Shown here: positions 53,805 to 62,113 of the stretch, piece after piece
How positions within the stretch are numbered: the first letter of the stretch is position 1
Layout: each line of letters begins with the position of its first letter
NCBI GenBank assembly: GCA_044869275.1
Contig: JBIOXB010000163.1
Span: 1-64,000, forward strand
Direction of reading: 5' to 3'
Source: a bacterium
GTDB lineage: Bacteria > Zhuqueibacterota > Zhuqueibacteria > Zhuqueibacterales > Zhuqueibacteraceae
Length of the DNA: 64,000 bases
Notes under the pieces: generated by a model
The model's input: the letters and a program-made list of their open reading frames with translations, nothing else
What the model was told of the DNA's origin: nothing
The model's database searches: none
Made by a program: the position numbers and the translations under genes

Positions 53805-54317
53805 ATGGCTTCTTTGAATCGCAATGTGCTCATCCTCAATCAAAACTACGAGCCGATGAGCGTCATCACCGCCAAGAAAGCCGTTGTTTTGATTTATTTG
53901 GGCAAGGCCGAAATTATCGAGCGCCATCCCCGCTGGGAGGTGCGTTCGGTGCGCCAGGCCATGCCTTTTCCCAGCATCGTGCGCTTGATCGCTTTCATCA
54001 ACATTCCGCGCAAGCGCGTTGTGCTGTCACGCAAAAACATCATCAAACGCGACAACGCGCGCTGCCAATATTGCGGCTCGGGCCACAAACCGTTGACGGT
54101 CGATCACGTCCTGCCCAAAAATCGCGGCGGCGAAGATTCGTGGGAAAACCTGGTGTGCGCCTGCGTCTGGTGCAACAACCGCAAAGGCAACCGCACCCCC
54201 GACGAAGCGCGCATGCCGCTGCTGCGCAAACCACAACGGCCCACGCACATTTTTTTCATGCAGCATTTTGTGGGAGTCGTCGATGACCGCTGGAAGCCAT
54301 ACCTGTTCATGAACTAA
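53805..54317 (+). CDS. HNH endonuclease family protein
   Basis: VLILN..YEP; RD...CQYCG; TVDHVLP..RGG..SWENLV.AC..CN..KG. Confidence 0.9.
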   Translation: MASLNRNVLILNQNYEPMSVITAKKAVVLIYLGKAEIIERHPRWEVRSVRQAMPFPSIVRLIAFINIPRKRVVLSRKNIIKRDNARCQYCGSGHKPLTVDHVLPKNRGGEDSWENLVCACVWCNNRKGNRTPDEARMPLLRKPQRPTHIFFMQHFVGVVDDRWKPYLFMN

Positions 54318-54331
54318 GCTTGTCGCGGCAT

Positions 54332-54421
54332 CGCTCCGGTCGTGGAGCGCCAGGACGCTGACCGGAGCGCTGAAGATGCGTCTCCGGCGTGGATGGGCAC
54401 GCGAGGCGCATTTTGTTTTTT
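54332..54421 (+). terminator. Two hairpins, the second terminator-like
   Basis: CGCTCCGGTC/GACCGGAGCG; ATGCGTCTC/GAGGCGCAT followed by a T-rich tract. Confidence 0.5.
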
Positions 54422-54542
54422 GAATTAAATTTTGTATGTTGGGCATGGCAATTCACTAAGGCAGCTTACCAACCCGGCGCGTGGAGATTGTACCAGTTCT
54501 CGCGGCGGTGCGATTTTGTCTTTTGGATTTTTCTCCCTCTTG

Positions 54543-55532
54543 ATGAATAAAAAACGGATTCTCAGCGGTATGCGGCCGACGGGTAAGCTTCATATCGGCC
54601 ATTACGTCGGCGCACTCGAAAATTGGGTGCAACTGCAACACGAGTTTCAAAATTTTCATCTCATCGCCGATTACCATTCGCTTACGACCAACCTCGATAC
54701 TTCCGAGCTCGCTCCCAATACTATTGACATGGTGATGGACTGGCTGGCCGCGGGCATCGATCCCCGCCTCAGCCCGATTTTCCGCCAGTCGCAAGTGAAG
54801 GAGCATGCGGAATTGTTCTTGATTCTCAGCATGCTCATCACCAAGGAGCGTTTGGAGCGCAACCCCACGCTGAAAGAGCAGGCGCGCGATCTGAATTTGG
54901 ACACGCTGGTGTACGGCCATCTCGGCTACCCGGTGTTGCAGGCCGCGGACATTCTGCTTTATAAAGGAGATCTCGTGCCAGTGGGCGAGGATCAAGCGCC
55001 GCACGTCGAAATCACACGCGAGATCGCGCGAAAATTCAACCACACCTACGGCCAGGTTTTTCCCGAGCCGGAAGTGCGTCTCACCCAATTTGCGCGCCTC
55101 CCCGGACTCGATGGCCAGGCGAAAATGAGCAAATCACTCGGCAACACCATTTTGTTGTCCGATCCGCCGCAAGTCGTACAGGCGAAAATGCGCAAGGCAG
55201 TGACCGATCCACAAAAGATTCGCAAAGGCGATCCCGGCCGGCCGGATATTTGTTTGGTATTTACCTACCACAATAAATTCAACCCCGCGGAAGTCGGTGA
55301 GATTCGAGCCGGTTGCGAAAGCGGGCAATTGGGTTGTGTCGAGTGCAAGAGCCGATGCGCCGGGCGCATTTCGGAATTTTTGGCGCCGATGCAAGAGCGA
55401 CGCGCCTATTTTGAAGCGCATCCCGCCGAGGTGCAAGATATTCTCGCGCACGGCGAGCATGTCGCGCGCCAGGAGGCGCAGAAGACCATGGTCGAAGTGC
55501 GCCAGGCGATGAAACTGGGCGAGATAGAATAA
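54543..55532 (+). CDS. trpS: Tryptophanyl-tRNA synthetase
   Basis: SGMRPTG.LHIGH; YPVLQAADIL; VPVGEDQ; KMSKS. Confidence 0.96.
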   Translation: MNKKRILSGMRPTGKLHIGHYVGALENWVQLQHEFQNFHLIADYHSLTTNLDTSELAPNTIDMVMDWLAAGIDPRLSPIFRQSQVKEHAELFLILSMLITKERLERNPTLKEQARDLNLDTLVYGHLGYPVLQAADILLYKGDLVPVGEDQAPHVEITREIARKFNHTYGQVFPEPEVRLTQFARLPGLDGQAKMSKSLGNTILLSDPPQVVQAKMRKAVTDPQKIRKGDPGRPDICLVFTYHNKFNPAEVGEIRAGCESGQLGCVECKSRCAGRISEFLAPMQERRAYFEAHPAEVQDILAHGEHVARQEAQKTMVEVRQAMKLGEIE

Positions 55533-55622
55533 TGGAGTATTGGATTAATGGATTTTTGGATTGAGGGATTATTGGAGAGGCTTGAATCCAACAATCCATT
55601 CATCCAGCAATCCAAGTAATCC
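55531..55622. repeat. 8-bp-unit palindrome (TGGATTAA / AATCCA)
   Basis: ATGGAGTATTGGATTAATGGATT... / ...AATCCAACAATCCATTCATCCAGCAATCC. Confidence 0.75.
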
Positions 55623-55667
55623 GAGACTTCTGAAAAGGAATTTGAAGCACAATAGCTGGATTGATTC

Positions 55668-56384
55668 ATGGCCTATCGCGTCAAACTCAGGATGTTCGAG
55701 GGTCCGCTCGACTTGCTGCTCTTTCTGATCAAGAAAGAAGAAGTCGACATTTACGATATACCCATCGCCGAGATTACGCGGCAGTATCTCGAATACCTTG
55801 AGATCCTCACCCTGCTGGATCTGGAAGGCGCGGGCGATTTCATTTTAGTGGCGGCCACGCTGATTCGCATCAAGGCGCAAATGCTGCTGCCCAAAAATCC
55901 CGAGGAGCAGGAGGATGAAGAAGAAGATCCGCGCCAGGAATTGGTGCGCCGGCTGCTGGAGTATCAACAGTACAAAGAAGTCGCGCTGCAGCTCGGGCAA
56001 TTCGAGTTTCGCGAGCGGGACTATTTCGGCCTGGGCTATCGTGATTATGAATTCACCGAAGAGCCGCCGGATTATTCCGAGCTGGCGGGTCAGGTTTCGT
56101 TGTTCGATTTGATGGCGGCCTTCAAGCGCGTGCTCTTGCGCGTCCCCAAAGATGCGCAGCACCGTATCGAGCAACTTCCGGTGACCGTGGAGGACCAGGT
56201 TGACTATATCTTGCAGGAACTGCAAGTGCGCCGGCAGATGTTGTTCCTGTCCTTGCTGGAAAGAATGCCGAGCAAGGTTTATATCATCGTGACTTTTCTC
56301 GCATTGCTGGAAATGATGCGCCGTGGCGCCATCACCGCCACGCAATCTTCGCCGTTTGGAGAAATTTGGATACAAAAAATTTGA
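55668..56384 (+). CDS. scpA: Segregation and condensation protein A
   Basis: FEGPLDLLL.LI....DIYDIPI..IT.QY; EDPR.ELV.RLLEY; TFLALLE. Confidence 0.95.
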   Translation: MAYRVKLRMFEGPLDLLLFLIKKEEVDIYDIPIAEITRQYLEYLEILTLLDLEGAGDFILVAATLIRIKAQMLLPKNPEEQEDEEEDPRQELVRRLLEYQQYKEVALQLGQFEFRERDYFGLGYRDYEFTEEPPDYSELAGQVSLFDLMAAFKRVLLRVPKDAQHRIEQLPVTVEDQVDYILQELQVRRQMLFLSLLERMPSKVYIIVTFLALLEMMRRGAITATQSSPFGEIWIQKI

Positions 56385-57829
56385 TGGAACCAGCAGAACT
56401 GAAACGTGTAGTCGAAGCTTTGATCTTTGCCGCGGATGCACCGCTCACGCCCGAACGCATTCGGGAAACGCTGCCGGAAGAGCTCAACGGATTCGATTTG
56501 GATCAAATCGTCGATGATTTGAATCGCGATTATGCCGGCAGCGACCGGGCGTTTTTTATCCGGCACGTTGCCGGCGGCTATCAAGTCACCACGCGCCCGG
56601 AATTGCATACCTGGATTCGGAAACTCTTTCTCGGCCGCAACAAGATGCGGCTGTCGCAGGCGGCGCTGGAAGCGCTGGCCATCATTGCATTTAAGCAGCC
56701 CATCAGCCGCGTCGATGTCGCGCAGATTCGCGGCGTGAATTCCGACGGCGTGATTGGCACCTTGCTGGAAAAGAAGCTGATCACCATCAGCGGCCGTTCC
56801 GAGGGCGTGGGCCGGCCCTTGCTGTATAACACCACGCCGGAATTCCTGCAATACTTTGGCGTGAACGATCTCGCCGACTTGCCCAAGCCGCGCGAGATTG
56901 AGGAATTGATCGGCAGGGAAGGCATGCCCGAAGAGGTACTGCAGGCCCTGAGCGATGAGAAGCAGTTGGAACTCCCAATTGAGCTGAGCGCCGAAACCCC
57001 GGCCGATCTTGAGCCGTCCGCCCCGGCATTGGCAATGTCTGGAAGTGCCGGCGGACAACCCGAGGCAGCTGCTGCAAACACCGTTGCGGAAGAGAAGCCA
57101 CCGGCTGAGGAATCGGGCGGCATGCAAGAGTTCGTAGAAAACGGCGAGACTTCCGCGCCACCGGAAAGCGTGGAAACCAAGGAATCCATGGAAGCAGAGG
57201 TCGATGCTATTTTGGTGGAGGATCTTGATGCCACCGAATCCCAGGATCCAGAAGAGGAGAGCGATTCCTCGGGCGAGCACAATGGCAGTACACAACACTC
57301 CGCCGCACCCGAACAGCGCGAAAATTTTTTTTTACAAGACGCCAGGATGGCGATGACGCCGGAAGAACCGGTTCTGCCCAGGAGCCCAGCCACTGACCAC
57401 GAGCGTGTTGCCGCGCTTCCGGAAGCAGAAGCCGCGAGGGCACAGCACCCGCCACGGGAACGCAAGAAACGCGTACGACCGCAAAAGATCCAAGCGCAGG
57501 AGCCGGATGCGGTGATCGATATTCACGACATTGCACGTGCGCCCGCGGTGCGAGTGGTAGATCTCGAGCCGCACGAGATCCATCCGCCGGTGCCGATTGC
57601 GGTTGAGCAGACGGAAATGATGACGGCTGAAGCGCCAGAGTTGGTGCGAGCTCCTGCAGCGGAGAAAGATATTGCCAGTGAAGCACCGCTTTTTTTCGTT
57701 CCTGCCCCGTCTGAGAACGGGGCGCAACAGGAGAGCGACGAAAGGAAATCCGAAAGCAGCGTTTTAAATTTCTTTAAAATGGCCGTGGGCTGGATTAAAA
57801 ACGCATGGCAGAAACTTGTCGGTAAATAA
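56384..57829 (+). CDS. scpB: Segregation and condensation protein B with a long acidic C-terminal extension
   Basis: EALIFA; LSQAALE.LAIIAFKQPISR..IRGV; GRPLLY.TT..FL.YFG; about 290-aa low-complexity tail. Confidence 0.92.
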   Translation: MEPAELKRVVEALIFAADAPLTPERIRETLPEELNGFDLDQIVDDLNRDYAGSDRAFFIRHVAGGYQVTTRPELHTWIRKLFLGRNKMRLSQAALEALAIIAFKQPISRVDVAQIRGVNSDGVIGTLLEKKLITISGRSEGVGRPLLYNTTPEFLQYFGVNDLADLPKPREIEELIGREGMPEEVLQALSDEKQLELPIELSAETPADLEPSAPALAMSGSAGGQPEAAAANTVAEEKPPAEESGGMQEFVENGETSAPPESVETKESMEAEVDAILVEDLDATESQDPEEESDSSGEHNGSTQHSAAPEQRENFFLQDARMAMTPEEPVLPRSPATDHERVAALPEAEAARAQHPPRERKKRVRPQKIQAQEPDAVIDIHDIARAPAVRVVDLEPHEIHPPVPIAVEQTEMMTAEAPELVRAPAAEKDIASEAPLFFVPAPSENGAQQESDERKSESSVLNFFKMAVGWIKNAWQKLVGK

Positions 57830-57869
57830 GAGTCGCGCGGTGACGCAGAAAGAAGTCGTGCTGAATGCG

Positions 57870-58610
57870 ATGCGCCTGAATCGCTACCTCGCCCTGTGCG
57901 GCGTGTGTTCGCGGCGCCATGCCGACGCTTTGATTTTGTCAGGCGAGGTTGCCGTAAACGGCAAAGTGGTGCGTACGCTCGGCGTGCAAGTGGAACCCGA
58001 ACGCGATGAAATTAAAGTACGCGGCGAGCGCATGCGCGCGGTAGATATACTGAGCTACGTCATGCTCAACAAGCCCGCGGGGTATGTCACCACGGCCAGC
58101 GATGAAAAAGGCCGGTCCACCGTTCTCAACCTTGTGCGCACGCCGGTGCGCTTGTTTCCTGTCGGCCGTCTGGATCGCGACAGCGAAGGCTTGTTGTTGT
58201 TGACGAATGACGGCGAGCTGGCTTATCGCCTCACGCATCCGCGCTACAAAGTGCCGAAGGTGTATCGCGTGCTGGTGCATCGCGCCGTGGTACCGGATGC
58301 GATCAAGAGTTTTCGGCAGGGCGTTAAGCTTGATGCCTTCAGGCCGGCGCAGGGCGAGCTGAGAATTTCCACCAGCGACCGCCGCTTTTGCGAGGTGACG
58401 ATTACAGAAGGCCGCAATCGCCAGGTGCGGCGCATGTTTGAGGCGCTGGGTTATCGCGTCAAGAAATTGGAACGCATTTGCCTGGGACCGCTGCGGCTCG
58501 GCAATTTGGCGCCGGGGAAATGGCGCTACTTGACCTCAAAGGAAATCGCGCAGCTCGAGCAGGCTGTGAAGCCCCTTCGGATGGTGAGCAGGGTAGATGG
58601 AAATTCGTAA
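57870..58610 (+). CDS. rluB: rRNA pseudouridine synthase (RsuA/RluB family)
   Basis: RLNRYLA.CGV.SRR; LNKP.G; PVGRLD.DSEGLLL.TNDG; EGRNRQVRRM. Confidence 0.9.
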   Translation: MRLNRYLALCGVCSRRHADALILSGEVAVNGKVVRTLGVQVEPERDEIKVRGERMRAVDILSYVMLNKPAGYVTTASDEKGRSTVLNLVRTPVRLFPVGRLDRDSEGLLLLTNDGELAYRLTHPRYKVPKVYRVLVHRAVVPDAIKSFRQGVKLDAFRPAQGELRISTSDRRFCEVTITEGRNRQVRRMFEALGYRVKKLERICLGPLRLGNLAPGKWRYLTSKEIAQLEQAVKPLRMVSRVDGNS

Positions 58611-60315
58611 CAAGCGCGTGCTGGTTCTCGGCGGATGGGGCTTGGTGGGCTCGGCCGTTTGCCGGATGCTTTTGCGCGAAGCCCCGGACGAGATCATTGT
58701 GGCTTCTTTGGACGAAAGGGAAGCGCGCGAGGCCGTTTCACGTTTGCGTGGCGAAACACATTCCGATTTGCGGCTGACCCCGTGCTGGGGCAACATCTTC
58801 GTGCGCGACGCGCTGCAGGGCAAATCGCGTGTGGAAATTTTGGAGAACGAAGCGCTGCGCGCGATGCTCATTGCAGACGTGCTCGAGGAGCTGAACGAAG
58901 CAGTGCTGACACGCTCCTGGCTGTATCAAATCTTAGAGAAATACCGCCCACACCTCATCGTCGATTGCGTCAATTCGGCAACGGCCCTGGCTTATCAGGA
59001 CGTGTTTGCGACTTATTACCGGCTGAAGCCGCAAATCGGCCGTCTCAAAGAGCAGCAGCAATACGATGCCGGTTTTGTTTCTGAAGTGGAAAAATTGCTG
59101 TGCACGCTGTATATTCCACAGTTGATCCGGCACGTGCAGCTTTTGTACGATGCCATGCGGCGCTTTCGCACGGAAGTCTATTGTAAAGTTGGCACCAGCG
59201 GCACCGGCGGCATGGGCTTGAACATTCCATACACGCACTCGGAAGAGAAGCCCTCGCGCGTGTTGTTGAGCAAGTCGTCCATTGCCGGCGCGCATTCGAT
59301 GCTGCTCTTTCTCATGGCGCGCACGCCCGATGCGCCGATTACGAAGGAAATCAAGCCGACGGCGGCGATCGCGTGGAAGAAGATCGCCTACGGCCCGATC
59401 CATCGCCACGGCCAGCCGATCCCGTTGTTCGATTGCCCGCCGGAAAGCGCCCTCGCGCTCGACCACGTGCTCGCGCTGAAAAACGAGGGCGCGGAGCAAA
59501 GCTGGCAGCCGCTCCCCGGTGAAGTGTTGCAATCCGTTTTCGTGGACACCGGCGAGAACGGCATTTTTTCGCAGGGCGAATTCACCGCGATTTCAGATTC
59601 CGGCCAAATGGAATTGGTCACACCGGAGGAAATTGCGAAGAATGTGATCTATGAGATCAAGGGCGGCAACACCGGGCACGACGTCATCAACGCGCTGGAC
59701 AACGCGGTGATGGGACCGACCTATCGCGCGGGCTTGATGCGCAACTCCGTGCTCGCGCGCATGAAGGAACTGGTCAAACAGCACGCGTGCGACAGCGTCG
59801 CGTTTGAACTGCTCGGCCCGCCGCGGCTTTCGAAGCTGCTGTACGAAGCGCATTTGCTGCGCCTGACCTGTGCCACGCTGGAGAATTTGCGCAACGGCCA
59901 CGCCGAAACCATCGCGCAGCAGGTGCAGAATTTGATATTCTCGAACCGCAAGCTGCGCGCTGAAATCATCTCGATCGGCATTCCGATTCTTTTGCCGGAG
60001 GGCAAAAGCTTGTTGCGCGGCCCGGAGATCAAGATTCCTCCCTTCAAAGGAGAGGAGCGGTTGCCGGTCACGCCCGAAAATGTGGAGCATTGGGCGCACG
60101 ACGGCTGGATCGATTTGCGCGTCAAAAATGTGCGCGCGTGGCAGCGGCGCGCGGAAAAAATTCATGAAGAAATTCAGGCGATTCCGGAAGACGACACCAG
60201 CTCGCAATTTGAGCGCGACCGGCGTTATTGGCTCGAAGACGAGGCCATTGACATCGGCAAGATCGTGGGCTGGATTTTCTCGAACGAGGAGAAGGGTTTG
60301 CGCATGAAGAATTGA
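58597..60315 (+). CDS. Uncharacterised NAD(P)-binding Rossmann-fold (SDR-like) protein
   Basis: VLVLGGWGLVG; DCVNSAT; GTSGTGGMG; 572 aa. Confidence 0.7.
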   Translation: MEIRNKRVLVLGGWGLVGSAVCRMLLREAPDEIIVASLDEREAREAVSRLRGETHSDLRLTPCWGNIFVRDALQGKSRVEILENEALRAMLIADVLEELNEAVLTRSWLYQILEKYRPHLIVDCVNSATALAYQDVFATYYRLKPQIGRLKEQQQYDAGFVSEVEKLLCTLYIPQLIRHVQLLYDAMRRFRTEVYCKVGTSGTGGMGLNIPYTHSEEKPSRVLLSKSSIAGAHSMLLFLMARTPDAPITKEIKPTAAIAWKKIAYGPIHRHGQPIPLFDCPPESALALDHVLALKNEGAEQSWQPLPGEVLQSVFVDTGENGIFSQGEFTAISDSGQMELVTPEEIAKNVIYEIKGGNTGHDVINALDNAVMGPTYRAGLMRNSVLARMKELVKQHACDSVAFELLGPPRLSKLLYEAHLLRLTCATLENLRNGHAETIAQQVQNLIFSNRKLRAEIISIGIPILLPEGKSLLRGPEIKIPPFKGEERLPVTPENVEHWAHDGWIDLRVKNVRAWQRRAEKIHEEIQAIPEDDTSSQFERDRRYWLEDEAIDIGKIVGWIFSNEEKGLRMKN

Positions 60316-60423
60316 GAAGATTGATTATCCACGGCAGCAAGATTCGACCATGGACGTGGTGCTTGCCGTGCCAAACATGACGGGATAGGGAAGTCGTTCT
60401 TTTCCATATGAACTGGATTACGT

Positions 60424-61158
60424 ATGATGGAGCAAGGCAGCAAGCAGGAACTTCTCTGGGTGGAGGAAAAAGCGCAGCATGAACGGCGGCCCATTGTTGC
60501 GATTGACGGCCCGGCCGGCTCGGGCAAGAGTACGACGGCGCGCATGGTTGCCAAAAGGCTGGGCTTTACCTATGTGGACACGGGCGCATTTTATCGCGCC
60601 CTGACGTTGAAAGTTTTGGAGGCCAAGGTCTCGCCGGAGAATCACGAAGCCGTGCTTCGGCATGCCGAAGAGATGTGCCTCAGCATCAAGCCGGATCCGG
60701 CGGGCGACCAGTTTTTTTTGGATGGCCACGAGGTGACCGCGAAAATTCGCGCGCCGCAGGTCACCAACGCCATCGCGCCGATTTCCGGCAACCCCAAAGT
60801 CCGCGCGATCATGGTCCGGCGCCAGCGCGAAATCGGCCAGCGCGGCGGTGTGGTGATGGAAGGCCGAGACATCGGCACCGTGGTTTTTCCTGATGCGGAT
60901 TTGAAAATTTTCATGTCGGCCTCGCTCGATGAGCGCACGCGCCGGCGACTAAGAGAGCTGGAGGCGCAGGGCATTCACAAGGATTTCGACACGCTGCGCC
61001 GTGAAATCGAGGTCCGCGACGAGAAAGATGCCAAGCGCGACGTAGCCCCGCTACGCCCGGCGGAAGACGCAGTGCTGATCGACACCACGAACGTAACCAT
61101 CGAACAGCAAGTGGATTTCATCGTGCAGGCGCTGGAAAAAAAGAGGCAAGAAGCTTAA
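60424..61158 (+). CDS. cmk: Cytidylate kinase
   Basis: AIDGPAGSGKST; DTGAFYRA; EGRDIGTVVFP.A..KIF. Confidence 0.95.
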   Translation: MMEQGSKQELLWVEEKAQHERRPIVAIDGPAGSGKSTTARMVAKRLGFTYVDTGAFYRALTLKVLEAKVSPENHEAVLRHAEEMCLSIKPDPAGDQFFLDGHEVTAKIRAPQVTNAIAPISGNPKVRAIMVRRQREIGQRGGVVMEGRDIGTVVFPDADLKIFMSASLDERTRRRLRELEAQGIHKDFDTLRREIEVRDEKDAKRDVAPLRPAEDAVLIDTTNVTIEQQVDFIVQALEKKRQEA

Positions 61159-61291
61159 GCGGAAAGCCTTTTCCCGAAGTCCATCCCTCCCAGGCGGCAT
61201 TTTTTCAGCGTGCTGCCGGTGCCTGAAAGGAGCCCGCCAGGGTGGGAGGCCAACGGGAGAGGGCACACCGGTTTGATTCTGATAGAGTGCG

Positions 61292-61909
61292 GTGGAAGTG
61301 AAGCGTGCGGTTTTCAGGTTTTTGCAGTGGCTGGTGCGCATGTATTTCCGGCTGCTCTTTCGCATGGAGGTGCGCGGCACGGAAAATTTTCCTCGCCGCG
61401 GCCGCGTGCTCGTCGCCTGCAATCACGTTTCCGGCTACGATCCGCCGCTGGTCGGCAGCGTCATTCCGCGCGCGGTTTATTTCCTGGGAAAGAGCGAGTT
61501 GTTCAAAATTCCCGGGCTCGCGGCGTTGATTCGTTTCTGCAATTGCATCCCGGTGGACCGCGCGGATTTCACCATCGCCACGCTCAAGAAAATCGAGCGC
61601 GTGCTCCAGCAGGAGGAGGCTTTGTTGCTTTTTCCGGAAGGCACACGCACGCGCACCGGCGAGCCGCTGCCCTGGAAGGCCGGCCTGGGACTGATTGCAG
61701 CGCGCAATCAGGCCGACATCGTCCCGGCGTATATCGAGAACTTGTTCGGCGTGCGCGGTTCAATACTCAAACGCCCGCGCATGCGCATTACCTTCGGCGA
61801 AGTTTTGCGGATCGCTCCGCTGCTGCAAAACGGTGCGCACGGCAAAGAGTTGTATGCGCAAATCACTGCGATCGCGCAAACCAGATTGGAAGAATTGCAC
61901 GCGCCATAG
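61292..61909 (+). CDS. plsC: 1-acyl-sn-glycerol-3-phosphate acyltransferase
   Basis: NHVSGYD (HxxxxD); K.ELF; FPEGTR. Confidence 0.9.
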   Translation: MEVKRAVFRFLQWLVRMYFRLLFRMEVRGTENFPRRGRVLVACNHVSGYDPPLVGSVIPRAVYFLGKSELFKIPGLAALIRFCNCIPVDRADFTIATLKKIERVLQQEEALLLFPEGTRTRTGEPLPWKAGLGLIAARNQADIVPAYIENLFGVRGSILKRPRMRITFGEVLRIAPLLQNGAHGKELYAQITAIAQTRLEELHAP

Positions 61910-62113
61910 CGTCGAGGAAGCAGCTCTCGTTTTGCCCACTTCCATGCGTCCGCGAGTTTCATTTGTGGACGCCAGGTGGAAGGGAGAGCCTACATCGTTT
62001 TTCGCTTGACGATTCCCTTCTTTCTACTGCAAATATTTGCGGATAGAAGGAAGATCGTGCTCCGGCTTTCGGCCGAAGCTCAATAAATTAATCCCCCAAG
62101 GAGGCTTTTTCAC

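Noticed and set aside
53805..54317. HNH nuclease as a mobile or defence element
   Set aside because: It belongs to a common stand-alone family, has normal GC and has no methyltransferase, intron or IS ends beside it.
54320..54540. T-box riboswitch upstream of trpS
   Set aside because: No T-box consensus (AAnnnGGTGGnACC) or specifier loop is seen, only generic hairpins.
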